From Marsupella aquatica (taxonomy: Eukaryota; Plantae; Marchantiophyta), in the NCBI GenBank assembly GCA_973895155.1, contig OZ316894.1, forward strand, positions 5,542,944 through 5,606,943: a stretch of DNA of 64,000 bases, given 5' to 3'. Under the pieces are notes generated by a model that had not been told where the DNA came from, did not search any database, and worked only from the letters and a program-made list of their open reading frames with translations. This document shows positions 39,022-51,630 of the stretch, piece by piece (positions within the stretch are counted from its first letter, which is position 1; each line of letters opens with the position of its first letter). Position numbers and translations under genes: made by a program.

Positions 39022-40518
39022 AGTGGTGGACCTTGCCACCCAACGCCCTCACCAATCCCAACACTCATGCCTAAGTGCCCTGGTGCCCGAACGCCTCCAC
39101 AGAATACCTCGAGAAAGCAATCCAGTGCCTCTTGCACCGCCAGCAGCCCCTCCCATACAAAGCCGCACTTGCTCTCCAACACGACCGCTACTCAATGGTC
39201 CTCATTGTCTGCACGAGCAACCAAGCACCTTGGTAAGTAACCCTTTAGGATCTAGAACTGGCCAAGTCTAGCATCCTAACTCAAGCTCAACAGACATTGG
39301 TAAATAGGTCAGCGATAGGTCCTCCCGATGCAATAAGCCGGAACCAGAACCCACGCCCATTGTTCATCCAGAATAGCTCCTTCTTTGGGCGCGGCCCGGG
39401 TTCCCCCTCGTACCTATCCATCACCAATTGACCGCACTGACCCTAGGACATGCTCATGGCCCAAATAACATAGCTTGTCCTAAATCTTGTCCCAAGCTTG
39501 CCCCAACACGTCGGGACCAGAATGGCCCCGACTCTAGCAACCAACTCCCGGTTCTCGCCCCACTGATAGTCTAGGGGCCGAGCACCCTTGGAACTCAACC
39601 TCCACGCCTACTTGGCCTTGCCTCCCCAACGCAAGCTCCCTTGGGATACTGAACGCGGCTTGGCTGCTGTTCGGCATGATCTGGCAAGCGGACGAGCTAA
39701 CACCTGCAAATCTCGAGAACCCATGGATCCCCCAAATCCAGCTGAGCTCAGGAGGTCATAGCCCTTCTTGAGAGTTTTCCAACGCACCCAAGAAGTCCTC
39801 CAACGGACTTCTCGTTGGGAAGATATTGTTATTTCCGTTTGACGCTTTCCCTTAGTATCATCACCACCGCGGCTCACGACTTTGGCTCGCCCTTGGCCCC
39901 CCAAGGAGACACCACTCCCCTCATATATGCTTCTGGAGACCTTCCATCCCCGGACCAACTTTGGTCCCTAAACATTTGGCATCCAACCCAGATCCTATCG
40001 CGCATAGTGGGCGCGCCACCAACTGGCAACGCCCATAATTTTCTCGTTATGCGTCCGCAAGTGGAGTGCCTTAGCCCGTTATGATCGGGCCGACCCAGTG
40101 CTCATGCCTAGGCCTTCAGGTCTCATTGCTGCTCGGGGTCTCTGATCAGCCAAACCCGGATCAGGCCCTAACTCACGCCCCAAGAGTCCGTTGCCCATGG
40201 CGTCAACTCCATTGGCCTTGGGCCCAAGGGGAGCTCACACTCAAGCCCTCAGAAATCAAAGTCCATCCAGGGGCCCGGATGGTCGACCTTGAGTCCGGCC
40301 CCTTTCCCCTTGACCCAACCAGCTCTCAGCTTGCCTAAGTCCTTAGTGTGTGTCACCAGCTTGGCTCCTACCTTCGCTAGTGCCACGTCTCATTGCCCGC
40401 TAGTCTCCCCATGCTAAGTCCTCCCCAGATGGCCTATCCGGGCCTGGACCATAAGGGAGTTCAGAGTCAGAGTCAGCGACGCCAGAGCTAAGTGTTAAGG
40501 TAGTCAAGTTCCGCGACT
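39022..40518. mobile_element. 1.5-kb insertion with AGT..ACT termini and 5-bp TSD (family D)
   Basis: Left end AGTGGTGGACCTTG versus reverse complement of the right end AGTCGCGGAACTTG (11/14). Exact TSD TTACG (39017-39021 / 40519-40523). It splits host codons KSLR|EAQ. Confidence 0.85.
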
Positions 40519-43264
40519 TTACGGGAGGCACAACAAAGCCACGACGACATAGGAATGCCAAGGATGCCACTCAGATCCGTGACCTCGGGAACTCCTATGG
40601 CCACTGGCCAAGTCTTGTCATTGGAATTGTGCGGTGGCAAGGAGGCAATGTTGTGGAAGGACACCATCGATCACGGGTACATCAAGGCTTGGCAAGCCTT
40701 GGCAAGGATATGGAAGCAGGAAACCTCGGGCAAAATGTCAGGGCGACCACCCCAGTGAAAAAGAGGGAAGGAGGTGTTGCAACCACCCAAGGAGATAGTG
40801 AGGCAAGTGATGATTCATGTGGATGGAGTCCCGACATCGTTACTGAGTCCAAAGAGGACTAGTAGGCCGTATCGATGTAATCTGTACGGATTTTTATTTT
40901 TACACAACTTGGAAGGGTCAACTCACGGGCTTGTTGGAAGGAGCTTGGGAAGCTGATTTTGGCAAGGTGTGGCGCTCCCCAAATGGAGCCAAGGCGGATA
41001 AGTTATGAGCCCGAGAGTTTTGGTAGTTTTACAGATTGAGATCCTTGTAACTTGGCCGTTTGGGAGCTATTTACGGATCCATGATCAGGAGCAGCAGCTC
41101 TGTGCAGGGCACTTCTCAAGGGAGTAGGTTGAAATATCTTGGGTTTTGACCATGGGAGGCCCGGGCCCTCACTTTTCATGGGTAACGGATTACAAATTGT
41201 TGTTAGGCACCATCGAAGGCACGGTTGGTTTGGTAGTTAGGTTAGAGTATTAGGGGCATATGTGTGCCACATGTTTTAGGTTAGTGGATTTTGTGAATAG
41301 GGTTTTAGCGGCGCCGCTAGGGTAGCTAGCTGCCATCGTTGTGACCCCGTGAGGGGTGTGGTTGTAGTATTTAGGAGGAAGCCTCATAGTGAATCGGGAG
41401 GAACTCAGTCTAGTTTTGAGGGTTAGCTCCTAGCATAGAGAGGGAGGTCATTTGAAGTAGTGAGGTGTCTGAGAAGTACTCATTGTCCTAGTGAGGCAGG
41501 CGTTGAGTAGAGCAAGAGGCCGGGTTACTCATGCAATGTATTATTTTTTCACCAAAAGATATGGATTCGATCAGCTTGACTCTCCAAAGTTTGTTACATG
41601 TTATGATGTCGATTCTTTCATAGTTGTGTTCTTCCCATAGCCATTTTGGTATGTTTTGTTTTTAAAGGACCCACCAAGTGGATTCTTGAAAGAAGTTTGC
41701 AAGGTCCAGTCAACCTTGTGAGCATGAGGAGTGGTGATAGCATTCCACTAGAGACCAAGAGGAAAGTAAAGAGTGCAGTCCACCGGACTTGATCAAAAGC
41801 AGTGAAGGGTGAGACAGTCGGCAAACTTGATCACAAAATGTAATTCTGGGAGTGAAAACGAATCTACTCATTCCTTGCATGATGAAGTCTAAATAGCGTC
41901 CCTCCACGTCCTCGTGATACGATGTGACAGGGTCCCCATCTCGGAAAGTCACCGTTAAAGGTGTTATTGGCAAGATATATGCATGTAAATAAATAAGCCA
42001 ATGTACACAAGGGTTTCATTTTTTTTATTTCTTAAACAGTAATCATCCCGGTGTGTGTTCATGTTGCTCAGGAGGGCCGGAGCCATTTAAACCTAGGAGG
42101 AACTTTTTGTTGACCCTTTGCTCTTTTGGGTCTTGTCGTTGTGGGAGAATAAAATATGGATTCTTATTGGGGGTACCACCAAGTAATATTTCGAGACCCC
42201 GGCAGTTTTTTTCCAATCCCTGCGTAATATTGGAGAGGGACTAGATGAGGAGGTGTAGCTAAGAGGGGGTGGCTATGCAAGCCTTTGTGGAAGTTTTTTT
42301 CTGCCCCTTTGGGAGGCTTTAGAGGGGTTTAAAACCTCTCGTTTTAAGGCAACTGGGGCGAACGAGGCTGTTGGGGCGAGGAAAGCAGCCGGGCAAGGAG
42401 GCGTGCCCTGCATAGGGCTGCGTGAAGGGGTTGGGGGGAATGCCGGGCATGCCGCGAGTGTCAGGGAGGCAAGCCGGGCGCAAGCTGGGGCATGACCGGA
42501 GCCCTCCATTAGGGCACATGGGGCGAGCCTCCATAGGGAGGCGAGCCGGGCGCAGAGGCCCGCAAGTGACCAGGTGGCACTGAGGGGAGAGCCGGGCCTT
42601 GCACCAGGGGTTCAGGTGGAGCGAAGGAGAAGGGAGGGGAGTAAATGCTCCCCGATCATAGGGAAGCTTCAGGGGGGCAGGTACGCAAGCGGAAAAAAAG
42701 GGGGGGAGTAAATACTCCCCAATTTTTTGGGCGAGTAGGCAGCGACTGAGCCGGGATGAGGCAATACGGGCGGCACCTGGCGCCCCGGGTCACACATAAA
42801 GGGGGGCTTGTGCCCTTAGGGAAGCCACACCCATTTTCTTCCCCCTTGAACTTTTTTTTGCTTCCCTTGAGATGCCGAAAGCTTCCCTCAAAACTACTTC
42901 CTTTGTAAACAGTACCCTGGTTCTCCAACTGTCCCAAAGTTTTTTTTCTCTCTAGTTCTTTTCCTTGAGCTCGGCATTGAGTTGTGTTGGAGGATTGAAT
43001 GCTTACTTCGAAAGCATTTGTGACAGCAGCATCGGGATGCCCTGGTGATAGGGGTGGAGCCAATCGTGACACGGGGGCCGTTCAAGCTAGGGGAAACGAG
43101 GATTTATTAATTTGGGGGATAATTGTCGGGTACGTGAGACTTTTGTGACGGTTTTCTCGGGTGGTTTGGCTGTGGGCATTTGATCGTGTTGCGGGGTTTT
43201 TCTTCGGGCCAGGGAGTGAATTGTGATACGAGTGAAAGAAGGAATTTGTGTGAGCCGAATGTGA

Positions 43265-46200
43265 ATGAGCTCATCATTGGAAAGACCGGAGTTCAGTAGG
43301 GCTCGTATCCATAGATACAAGGCCGCTTACCGGGACTACATTGCGTCACAAATTGCTGAAGAGAGGGAAGAGAGACCGAGAGAGAGACATACAGCCATGA
43401 GTACCGAACCTGACCCCTGTGATGCATCCGTTGAGAGGAGGGTTTTCCAAAGAGTCTACCCCCGGACTTCTACCAAGATGATGGAGGAATGCAAGGAAAT
43501 TTTTCAGGCCACGGGTCTCACCAATTTCATGCAGGTAGAGATCAGGATCCCCCAAGGTAGGACTTGGAACGTGGAGGCAGGATTAGAGTTCCGTACGGAG
43601 GGGATATACTTTCATTGCACACAGAAATTGATTCCCAATATGGAGCTGGCCAAGCTATTGTTCCTGGACAACCAAGATTTCACTTTTCAGCCAACGGAGC
43701 CACCGGGGATACTTGTAACATTGGAACAGCTAGCTGGGGTTGTGAGAGATCCCACCTCCGTGACCAACATTCCCCTTTCATCATTCAAGGAACCAGCCTT
43801 CAAGGGGTTGGTGGCCACCAACGGGTGCTTGGCCGGGGGCAATCTGGAATGGTGAGTGGAGATCAAATGAATTGGCTATTGCCAATGACATCAAAGCTCA
43901 CCCAAGTCACACTTACAGATGGTGGTACTTTGGGCTGAAGAAAACGTTGGCCATGGATCCTAAAAGTGTGAAGTCCAAAGGAAGCGTTCATTTGATGGTG
44001 TCATTCCTCTTGGCCAGGTCAGAAGGGCTCCTCCCCTCTCCGGAGATTGAAGAAGTGGTGCCACCCTTCACCATGGAAATATGGAGGATTGCAACTGTAG
44101 TTTGCCATAGAGAACCAAAAATCACATTTTAAAGTCTCCAAACTCGGTATTCGTTCCCTTTAAGAACAAGATGGGGTTGGTTTGATGTAATAAACTAAAA
44201 ACAAAGCTTTAAGCTCTTGTGTCACACATAGTAATCAATCTTGACTACTTTAATCAGGTACTTTGAAGATCGCTCCACAGCGGTGAGTAGTTTTTGATGA
44301 TAACTCAACATCAGATAACCTTCAATTAAGCAAAAGATTGCAATTAACAAAACACAAGGAAAAATCTCTCAGAGTATGCTTAAGGGAGTCTGGAATAGAC
44401 CAAGGTTACTCCTTAGACATAAGTAATAATGGAATGACTTTAAAGGGAATCCAAATCCACACGGCTTTTCAGATCTAAACTGCATACTAGAGTATCCTTT
44501 TAAAATGCCGGCAACATGTCTTGACCTTTCTTCCTAAGTGATACTTAGTCAAGATCTAAAAGGATAAATACTTCAGCATTTAAATGGTACTAAGCAACAT
44601 GAAGGTGAAAACATCATTTCCAATGCAACTTAAACTCAATGAGTTAACTCTAAGAACTTGTGAGATTACAATGTGTCACCAAAGCGGAATCTGACATTAT
44701 AATTCACGAGATTCATAACTGAGGTTTTACTTCAAGTATTTGGGTTCCAAAATACAAGAAGGAGGTAAGTCTCTCCAAATGTTAAACCTGATCTCGAACT
44801 CATAGATTCATGATCAACTAGTTTAACACAAGGGAGAGGCAAAACTGCAAAACTTAACCATCTCTCTACACTAGGGGAAGAGGTATAAATAGTGATGAAC
44901 TACAGAATAAGAGGTCACAGGGTCGAAGAGACATGCCTCTTCATAACCCTCAAAAAGTCAAAACGACGATTCAATAAGTGGAAAGCCGGAAAAAATGGCT
45001 AAGTATGAACTCTTAAACTCTTAAAAACTTAAACTCTTAAAAACGTAAAAACTTAAACTCTTAAACTCTTAATTTCAGTATACTAAAAATTGAGTAGATT
45101 CAACTATTTTTAACTTTCTACTCCTGGTTCGGAAAACTCTGAAATTTTTCCAGCAGGGTTTCCTAGGTACAGACTACACACTAAAGAAGTATGACAGCTT
45201 CTAAAGCTCTAGAACACATTTCTAAAAATCAGATAAGATGCACTACTCTAAAAACTAACTAAGAACACTTAGAGACTTCTTCAAGCTTGCTGTCGGATGT
45301 CCTCTGGTTCTAGTAACTCCACAAGGGTAACAATTCGGTTCTGGGTAACCTCTATCAGCTAGCTTGGCATGGGGATCCTCTAGAGTAGGGTAGGCACCTT
45401 AGTTGTCTCTCAGGATACATCAAAGGCATTCGCTTCATCAAATAACAGGAATCTATACGAAGAGCTTCTCTGTATATCCCTAGTACATCATAGTTGTTGC
45501 AGGTGGCAGCATATACTTGGGGATAGTGATGCAGAAACTCATCACTATTCATCATCCTGGAATAGAAGGGTCGAAGTCTCCATTTGACATCTCTGAAATA
45601 CCGGTTGAAGCTGGGCAGAGTTTGAGAGGTAAGGTGGAAGAGAAGTCAGTAATGAGCGCCTATGTCTTGCATTCCTTCCCTTTCAAGGTGAGCTCTTCAT
45701 CCGTTGTGGAGTCCCGTTGAACTAGTTGTAAGATGTCACGATCACAGAGTCGCCAAATCTTAAGGTGTAACTCGTAAAGCAGTGAACTAGTAAACTCGTA
45801 AACTGAGTTTACTCGTAACTTAGGAACTTAGTAACTTTGAATGCTGTTTTAGTTACAGTTAGCAATAATTGCAGTCTAAACACCGTAAAAAATTTAAAAA
45901 TTTTCAGTTTCTTCATGCTTTTGGAATTACCCACTACTTACAGCAACTACCATCTTGGGGAGTCTCGCGAAGGAACCACCGTCTGAACCAATAGCCAAAA
46001 CCACTACAAAAGAGGACCTGGATGAGGATAGCGCGGTGGAGTGGATGGAGTCGCTTGTGGGGAATCCGGAGGAGCCCCTTGATTATGATGTGCCCAAGGT
46101 GTATTTGGCTGAATTACATGATTTCCGCGAGGGGGTGCATGAGGGACTGAAGTTGTGCCAACCTTTGAGAGAGGCCCTCAACCAAGCCAACGCCAAGGTG

Positions 46201-46920
46201 GAAACCTGCAGACAAGCAGCCAGGCCTTGAAAGAAGTGATAAAGGCTAAGGAGGTGATAATCCAAGAGCAAGGTGGACAACTTACGGAGGCACAGGTTCA
46301 GATTTCTTAGTTACATGGAGCCTTGTCTACCAAAGCTAAGGAAGCGTTAGAGGTGGGAGCCTTGAGGGAAGAATTGGCCAAACTCAAGCAGAGCACCGGT
46401 GAGATAGAGAGGCTGAAGTGACAAGTTGTGGAGTTACGGGGTTAGGTTGGGCTCCTTGAGACCAGGGCCAAGAGAAACGATATGTTGAGGTTGGGGAAGA
46501 GGAAAACCCCATCCTCACCTAGCCCTACTCTCCCCCCTGACTTGGTCTCTAAGGCTATAGAGATGGTGGTAACAGAGGTGACTCAGAAGTATGGACCCAT
46601 GTTGGATTCAACAAGGGAAAACCAGGAGAAGTGTAACATATTGGAGAAGAAGGTATGGGAGTCCCGTAAGTCATTACGGGAGACCCAAGGGAGTCACGGA
46701 GCCACGTGTCCCCATCATTACGGGCGAAGATCTCACCTAGTCATGGAATAGCGGGAATGTCGGATATGCCACCCAGGACCGCAAACCTAGGAACCCCTTT
46801 GGCTACCGTTCAGGTCTTGCCCTTGGAATTGCAGGGAGGGGAGGAGGCCGCTCTATGGAAGGACACGATTAGTCAGGGTTATGTTAGGGCCTGACAAGCT
46901 TTGGCGGCCTTGAGGAGACG
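43265..46920 (+). pseudogene. Disrupted copy of the family A ORF (stops, frameshifts, one insertion)
   Basis: Segments 43265-44095 and 45948-46920 align with the 575-aa protein. IAT|TILG is interrupted by the 44096-45942 insertion. Confidence 0.87.
44096..45942. mobile_element. 1.85-kb solo LTR (family E)
   Basis: TGTAG...CTTACA with exact TSD GCAAC (44091-44095 / 45943-45947). AT-rich, with internal (CT)CTTAAA microrepeats at about 45005-45075. Confidence 0.88.
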
Positions 46921-48669
46921 GGGGGCCTCTGGCCAAACCCCGGGAAGGACTCCCCCGGTAAGGAAGATAGTGGGTGTTACACCCCACATCAATGGAAGGC
47001 GCTGGCAGTGAGGATTCTAGGGGTTGGAGTCCCGGTTCAGTGAGTGAGTTGGGAGAAGACTAGTGAGGCGTACGGACGTTGGTCGTACGGATTTTAAATT
47101 TTGCAATGTCTTGGATGAGGGGAATCACGGGCTTGTTGGAAGGAGCTCGAGGTGCTGATTCCGGCAAGGTGTGGCACGCCCAGAACGGAGTCAGGATGAA
47201 GAAGTTATGAGCTCGGGCGTATTACGGGCTCAAACATCCGTAACTTGGTCGGCCAGTGTCCGTTTGCGGAACCGTTTACGGATTCAAGATCAGGGGAAGC
47301 AGAGCTATCCAGGGCTCCCCTCAGGGGGGTAGTTTAAAATGGTTGAGGTATTCGACCTTAAGTGGCCCCCTCACTTCCCCGTGACTACCAAGTGTGGTTG
47401 ACACCGTCGAAGGCACCGGCGGTTAGATTAGGGTTTTTTTTAGGAGCATGTGTGTGCCGCATGAATAGGTTAGGGATTTCTCATGAAAGGTTTTAGCGGC
47501 GCCGCTAGGGTAGCCGCCATCGTGGTGACCCCATGAGGGGTGCTTTTGTGTTTTTTTGGTATTTAGGGGGGAGCCCTGTAGTGAGTAGGGGGGAACTCAG
47601 CGTAGTGCTTTGATGCTTTTGAGTAGCTTTTGTGAGTAGCGCACCAATTAGGAGAGGTTCAAGCCAGAGTAGTGAGGTGGAGAACGTAGCACTTATCCCC
47701 GGGAGGCAGGAGTTGGGCAGACGGCAGGAGGCCGGGTTGTCCTTGCATGTGTTACGGGAAACACCAAGAGATATGGATTTGGCTTGAGGTTTCAATATAT
47801 TGTGTGTCACTTGTTGTTGCTTGTGTTGTTTGTTTTCCTCCCCTAGTGCATGTGGTCGGTTTCGTTGTGGAAACATTTGCCCTTGTCACTAGTGTTCAAA
47901 TCTTATTGTACACGTTTGTATGCTTGCCCATGAGAGGGGGGTGGTGACAACACTCACTCGGTGGGCATGAGTTGTAGATGGTAGGGCCAGTCCCTTGGAC
48001 TTGATCAAAAACGGAGAGACCAGTCGGTAGACTTGATCAAAAAGTACACTTCCGGGAGCGGAATCAAACATACTCATCCTTAGGTGTGGAAATCCTCCAA
48101 ATAGCGTCCTTTCATGACCCCGTAATATGATACCAACAGTTTAAGCAAAGAAAAGTACAGTTTGCACGTATTAGTCATTGGATAGGCAAGTGACATACGA
48201 TTAAAACGGTATTGGTTGTGAAGTGGAAATATATGTAGTTACCATTCGATAAATAGACAACATCTTTCATGCAATGCACTGGCAAGTCCTGGGCTAGTTG
48301 TAACATAATAAGTGCAACTATGTACCTCACTCCACCCGATGTATTCTCTAGAGTGTACTCTTGCTTAAAAATACATAGATAGAATATGTAAGAATTATTT
48401 AGCCCCTGTCACTTCCATATTTTTTATACTCATGTTCTAAAATACTTATGCAAAGTACATAGTATTTAAGGTACATAATACTTACTCTCTTTAGTTCTTC
48501 CATGTCAATGTTTGAAGTAATCATACTTGAAAGTATTCTCCAAGTACAGTCTCAATGCCTTAACTTTGGTAACCAGGTTTAATCTGACGGGCACCTTGAC
48601 GTCTTGCCGACATCACATCGTCAAATGACGGCCCAAAAATGACCAATTTGACAGATATTCGATAAGATT

Positions 48670-48900
48670 CTCCCAAACTCACCCGAACTCGAACCCGAAC
48701 CCCCCCGGACCGCCTCTCCCGGGCCAGACCCTGAACCCCCCCGGACCGCCCTCGAACCCAAACCCAAACCCGGAGCGCCCCCCCCCCACGGACCCCCCCG
48801 AACCGCCCCCGAACCGCCCCCGAACCCGAACCCCCCCAAACCCACCCCCCCAAACCCAAACTCACCCCCCCAAACCCAAACCCACCCCCCCCGGACTACT
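48670..48900. repeat. C-rich low-complexity array (CCCGAACCC / CCCAAACCC)
   Basis: Strong strand skew. Lies between ~35-bp direct repeats TAATCATACTTGAAAGTATT(T)CTCCAAGTA.AGTCT at about 48518 and 49006. Confidence 0.75.
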
Positions 48901-50308
48901 CCCTAGCCCGGGTGCCAGGTTGCGGATTTGCCGGCCATTTTTGCCCAGTTTGACGGGCAAGGTCAAACCAGGTTTGGTAAGGTGAACCATGCCAATTTTT
49001 TGAGATAATCATACTTGAAAGTATTTCTCCAAGTATAGTCTTGCATTAACTTCAGTAAGGTGATTCACCAATGGTTTTTAGGTGCTCTCTTGGTGCTATT
49101 TAAAAAAATTGTTTTTTGTAAATAAGTCATGTGGGACTTAAACAATTTGTTAATGATATTATTTTGCCGAAGGTTTTTTTTAGAAATAATCATGTCAGGC
49201 GTGAGCATTTCCTTGGTTTTATTTTTGTGAAAGTGTTTTTCTAGATGTGAGCACTTAGGTATCTAGAGTATTACAGGCCAAGTTATAGGCAATTTACACA
49301 ATGCCACTTAAACAACAATTTCTATTCATTAGCTTAGTACACAAGGCATCAATTGAATTCATAAAATTGAGCATAGAGCATGCACATCATAACAAAATTA
49401 ATGTAAAATCAGTTAAATGACCTTAAGCTCCATGTTTGGTGCAACAACCACAAAATTAGCTATCCAAATCATATCACTTCTCTATGTTTTCTCAAAGTGA
49501 CACTAAAAAAATTTCATTTTGAGTAGTGTCACAAGTCCTTGTGACCACAGTATAATCTGTAAAAACTAATTATAAAGACATTGACAAGTTGAACATGAGA
49601 CTTCACTCCCGAATCCTGCTTATTTGAGTTCTTCAAAAACATCAGAATCTTGAACAAACACTTTAGTCTACAGGGTACTATCAATGAGACACATACCCTC
49701 ATACCTTGAATTCATCAATCCAACCTAGTGAATGAAATGTAAACTAAGAGAATATAACACTCCCTACTTTCTATGGAGAAGTACTTCAAAATAAGGATAA
49801 AATGAATAGGATAACATGAATAAGGGAGTGACAGGGTCTAAGTTTGACGGACTGTATTATATGTTAGTATTTTTAAAGAAGAGAACATGGAAAATACTTC
49901 CAAGGAGTACACCTCATTAAGTGCCTTAAGTAGCTGTACATAAGATGTTAGAATTGAAAAAGGAAAAAAAAAATCACACGTGGAATCACACAGGTCATAA
50001 AGAAGGGTTGCAGGGCCCAAGAAGTATATTTGAAAAATGAGCGGCTTGTCACTGATATCTTTACCTAGAGGGCCCCATCAAGTCTTTTGCTGCCTTGAAT
50101 ACTACTCTACGACAAAATTTGATATCATGTGACATATATAGATAGCATCTCATATTCTCATGGTTCTTTCCATGCACATAAATTTTGGTGGTACCTTACA
50201 AACATGTCCTAGAGGCACTCTAGAAGCCTAAAACCCAATTCTAACTTCTCTTGTATTTTCTAGTACATTGCATGGCTGAATATTTTCCACTTTTAACCAA
50301 TTGCATGC

Positions 50309-50720
50309 ATTGGTTTCGACCACGCACTTTCGCCAACGCACTTCAGTCACCTTACAGCGTGCTCAAGCTCGGGCCATCTATTGTCGATCTCTGACAGTGG
50401 GTGCTAGTGTGACTCCACAGCAGCTAGCCCCCCTAGAGGACATTTCAGTCCCACTTGTCGATTTAGTTTCAACACTTGATGTAGACCATTAGCTTTTTGC
50501 CACATTTACTAGGAATGATGAGGACCTCGGTCCATTTGCGGTAGTTTTAGTTCATTTTTCTTGGTTTTTAGGGGTTTCCTTTTGCTCACTTCTTTTAGTT
50601 CATCTTTCTTGGTTTTTAGTGTTTGCTTTTGCTCACTTCTTTTGAGTTTGGTTTTGTCCACTTGGGACCTCTCTTGTTTATTCTTTTGTACTCTATTTGC
50701 CTTTTTCTGTAAAAAGTATG
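50309..50720 (+). mobile_element. Short 3' remnant of a CRE-like (RLE-type) non-LTR retrotransposon
   Basis: Peptide FRQRTSVTLQRAQARAI resembles the QR.S+.LQR..A.+I C-terminal motif of restriction-like-endonuclease LINEs. It is followed by a T-rich 3' UTR and flanked by AATTGCATGC at 50299-50308 and 50735-50744. Confidence 0.5.
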
Positions 50721-51450
50721 TGTATTTCCACTAAAATTGCATGCCAACAAAAGTGTTGCATGGCCCTTTCATTTTTTCTATCCATTTCATAAGTTTACTT
50801 TTTCTTGACTATTCAAGAAACAGAAAGTGAAGCCAGGATGGACCACCACATTGGACACAATGCTGCCGTGGACCACATTTTGGTCATCCATGGGAGTTTG
50901 GGGCTTATAACTTTGTGATCATGAGTCTGAATATAATCTTTAGTTTTTCACCTGTAAGGCAACTTACTAGAGAAGGAGGAAAATACAATGAAAATTTCTC
51001 TAGTATAATAACTCAAAATACTGGCCAGAATTTCACTGTCGCTTTGATGGAAGTGTAGCTTACCTACTCGATATTCAAGAACATCCTATAACTAAAAAAA
51101 AAATTGAATTTGTGAATATCAATTAATTAAAATTAACCTCAATTTTGGGGACTTGTGATCAAAAGACCAATATTGGGGTCCATGGGAGCATTAGTTTCCC
51201 AAAAAAATCACTCAAGTGTTAAAGTATATTACTGTCCTAGTTATGGGAATTGTGAGAATACAGCCTCTCAGAGTTTGGGCTATCTCAGTCATTTGTGGGG
51301 GAAATATATTTCAGAAGCAATGCCCTCTATCCAGGACAATATGGTATTCAAACAACATAATTAACATTAAATAACCACCACGCCTAATTGAAAAATGACC
51401 TGGCTTCAACAGCACACTGTGCACCCAAATCAGTACATTATTTAAAAACA

Positions 51451-51630
51451 CTAGCCCTAACTACCCCTTCTTTGAACGTGAATAGTGGGGAGTACAATAA
51501 AAATGTTCCCCAAAATATATTCCTTATTCATAGTCTTTGAAGGTTAATGAAATGATAAAAAATATCATACATGTCATCATTTTAATATTCATATATTTAA
51601 GATATGATACTCTTTTCTATTCACATCCCT
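51451..51630 (-). repeat. Dispersed repeat, possible Helitron 3' terminus (copy 2)
   Basis: Matches 11715-11895 and shares the CTAG|T boundary. Confidence 0.45.

Larger units (their letters stand above)
34744..40757 (+). pseudogene. Disrupted copy of the family A ORF (frameshifts, a deletion, three insertions)
   Basis: Fragments at 34744-35790, 36157-36268, 38767-39021 and 40524-40757 align in order with the 575-aa protein. Confidence 0.85.
41923..48195 (+). mobile_element. Family A copy 3 (about 4.4 kb net), nested about 60 bp from the 3' end of copy 2
   Basis: TGTGACAGGGTCCC...GGCAAGTGACA with exact TSD TACGA (41918-41922 / 48196-48200). Confidence 0.9.
32608..48259 (+). mobile_element. 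Family A copy 2 (host; about 5.0 kb net) containing five nested insertions
   Basis: Starts TGTGACGGGGTCCCTGTC and ends ..ATAAATAGACA, with exact TSD ACATC (32603-32607 / 48260-48264). Removing the nested elements plus one TSD each leaves 5008 bp colinear with copy 1. Confidence 0.85.

Noticed and set aside
32608-48195. Copies 2 and 3 as the two LTRs of one full-length retrotransposon
   Set aside because: Each has its own distinct TSD, they are strongly diverged, there is no internal region, and copy 3 sits inside the last ~60 bp of copy 2.
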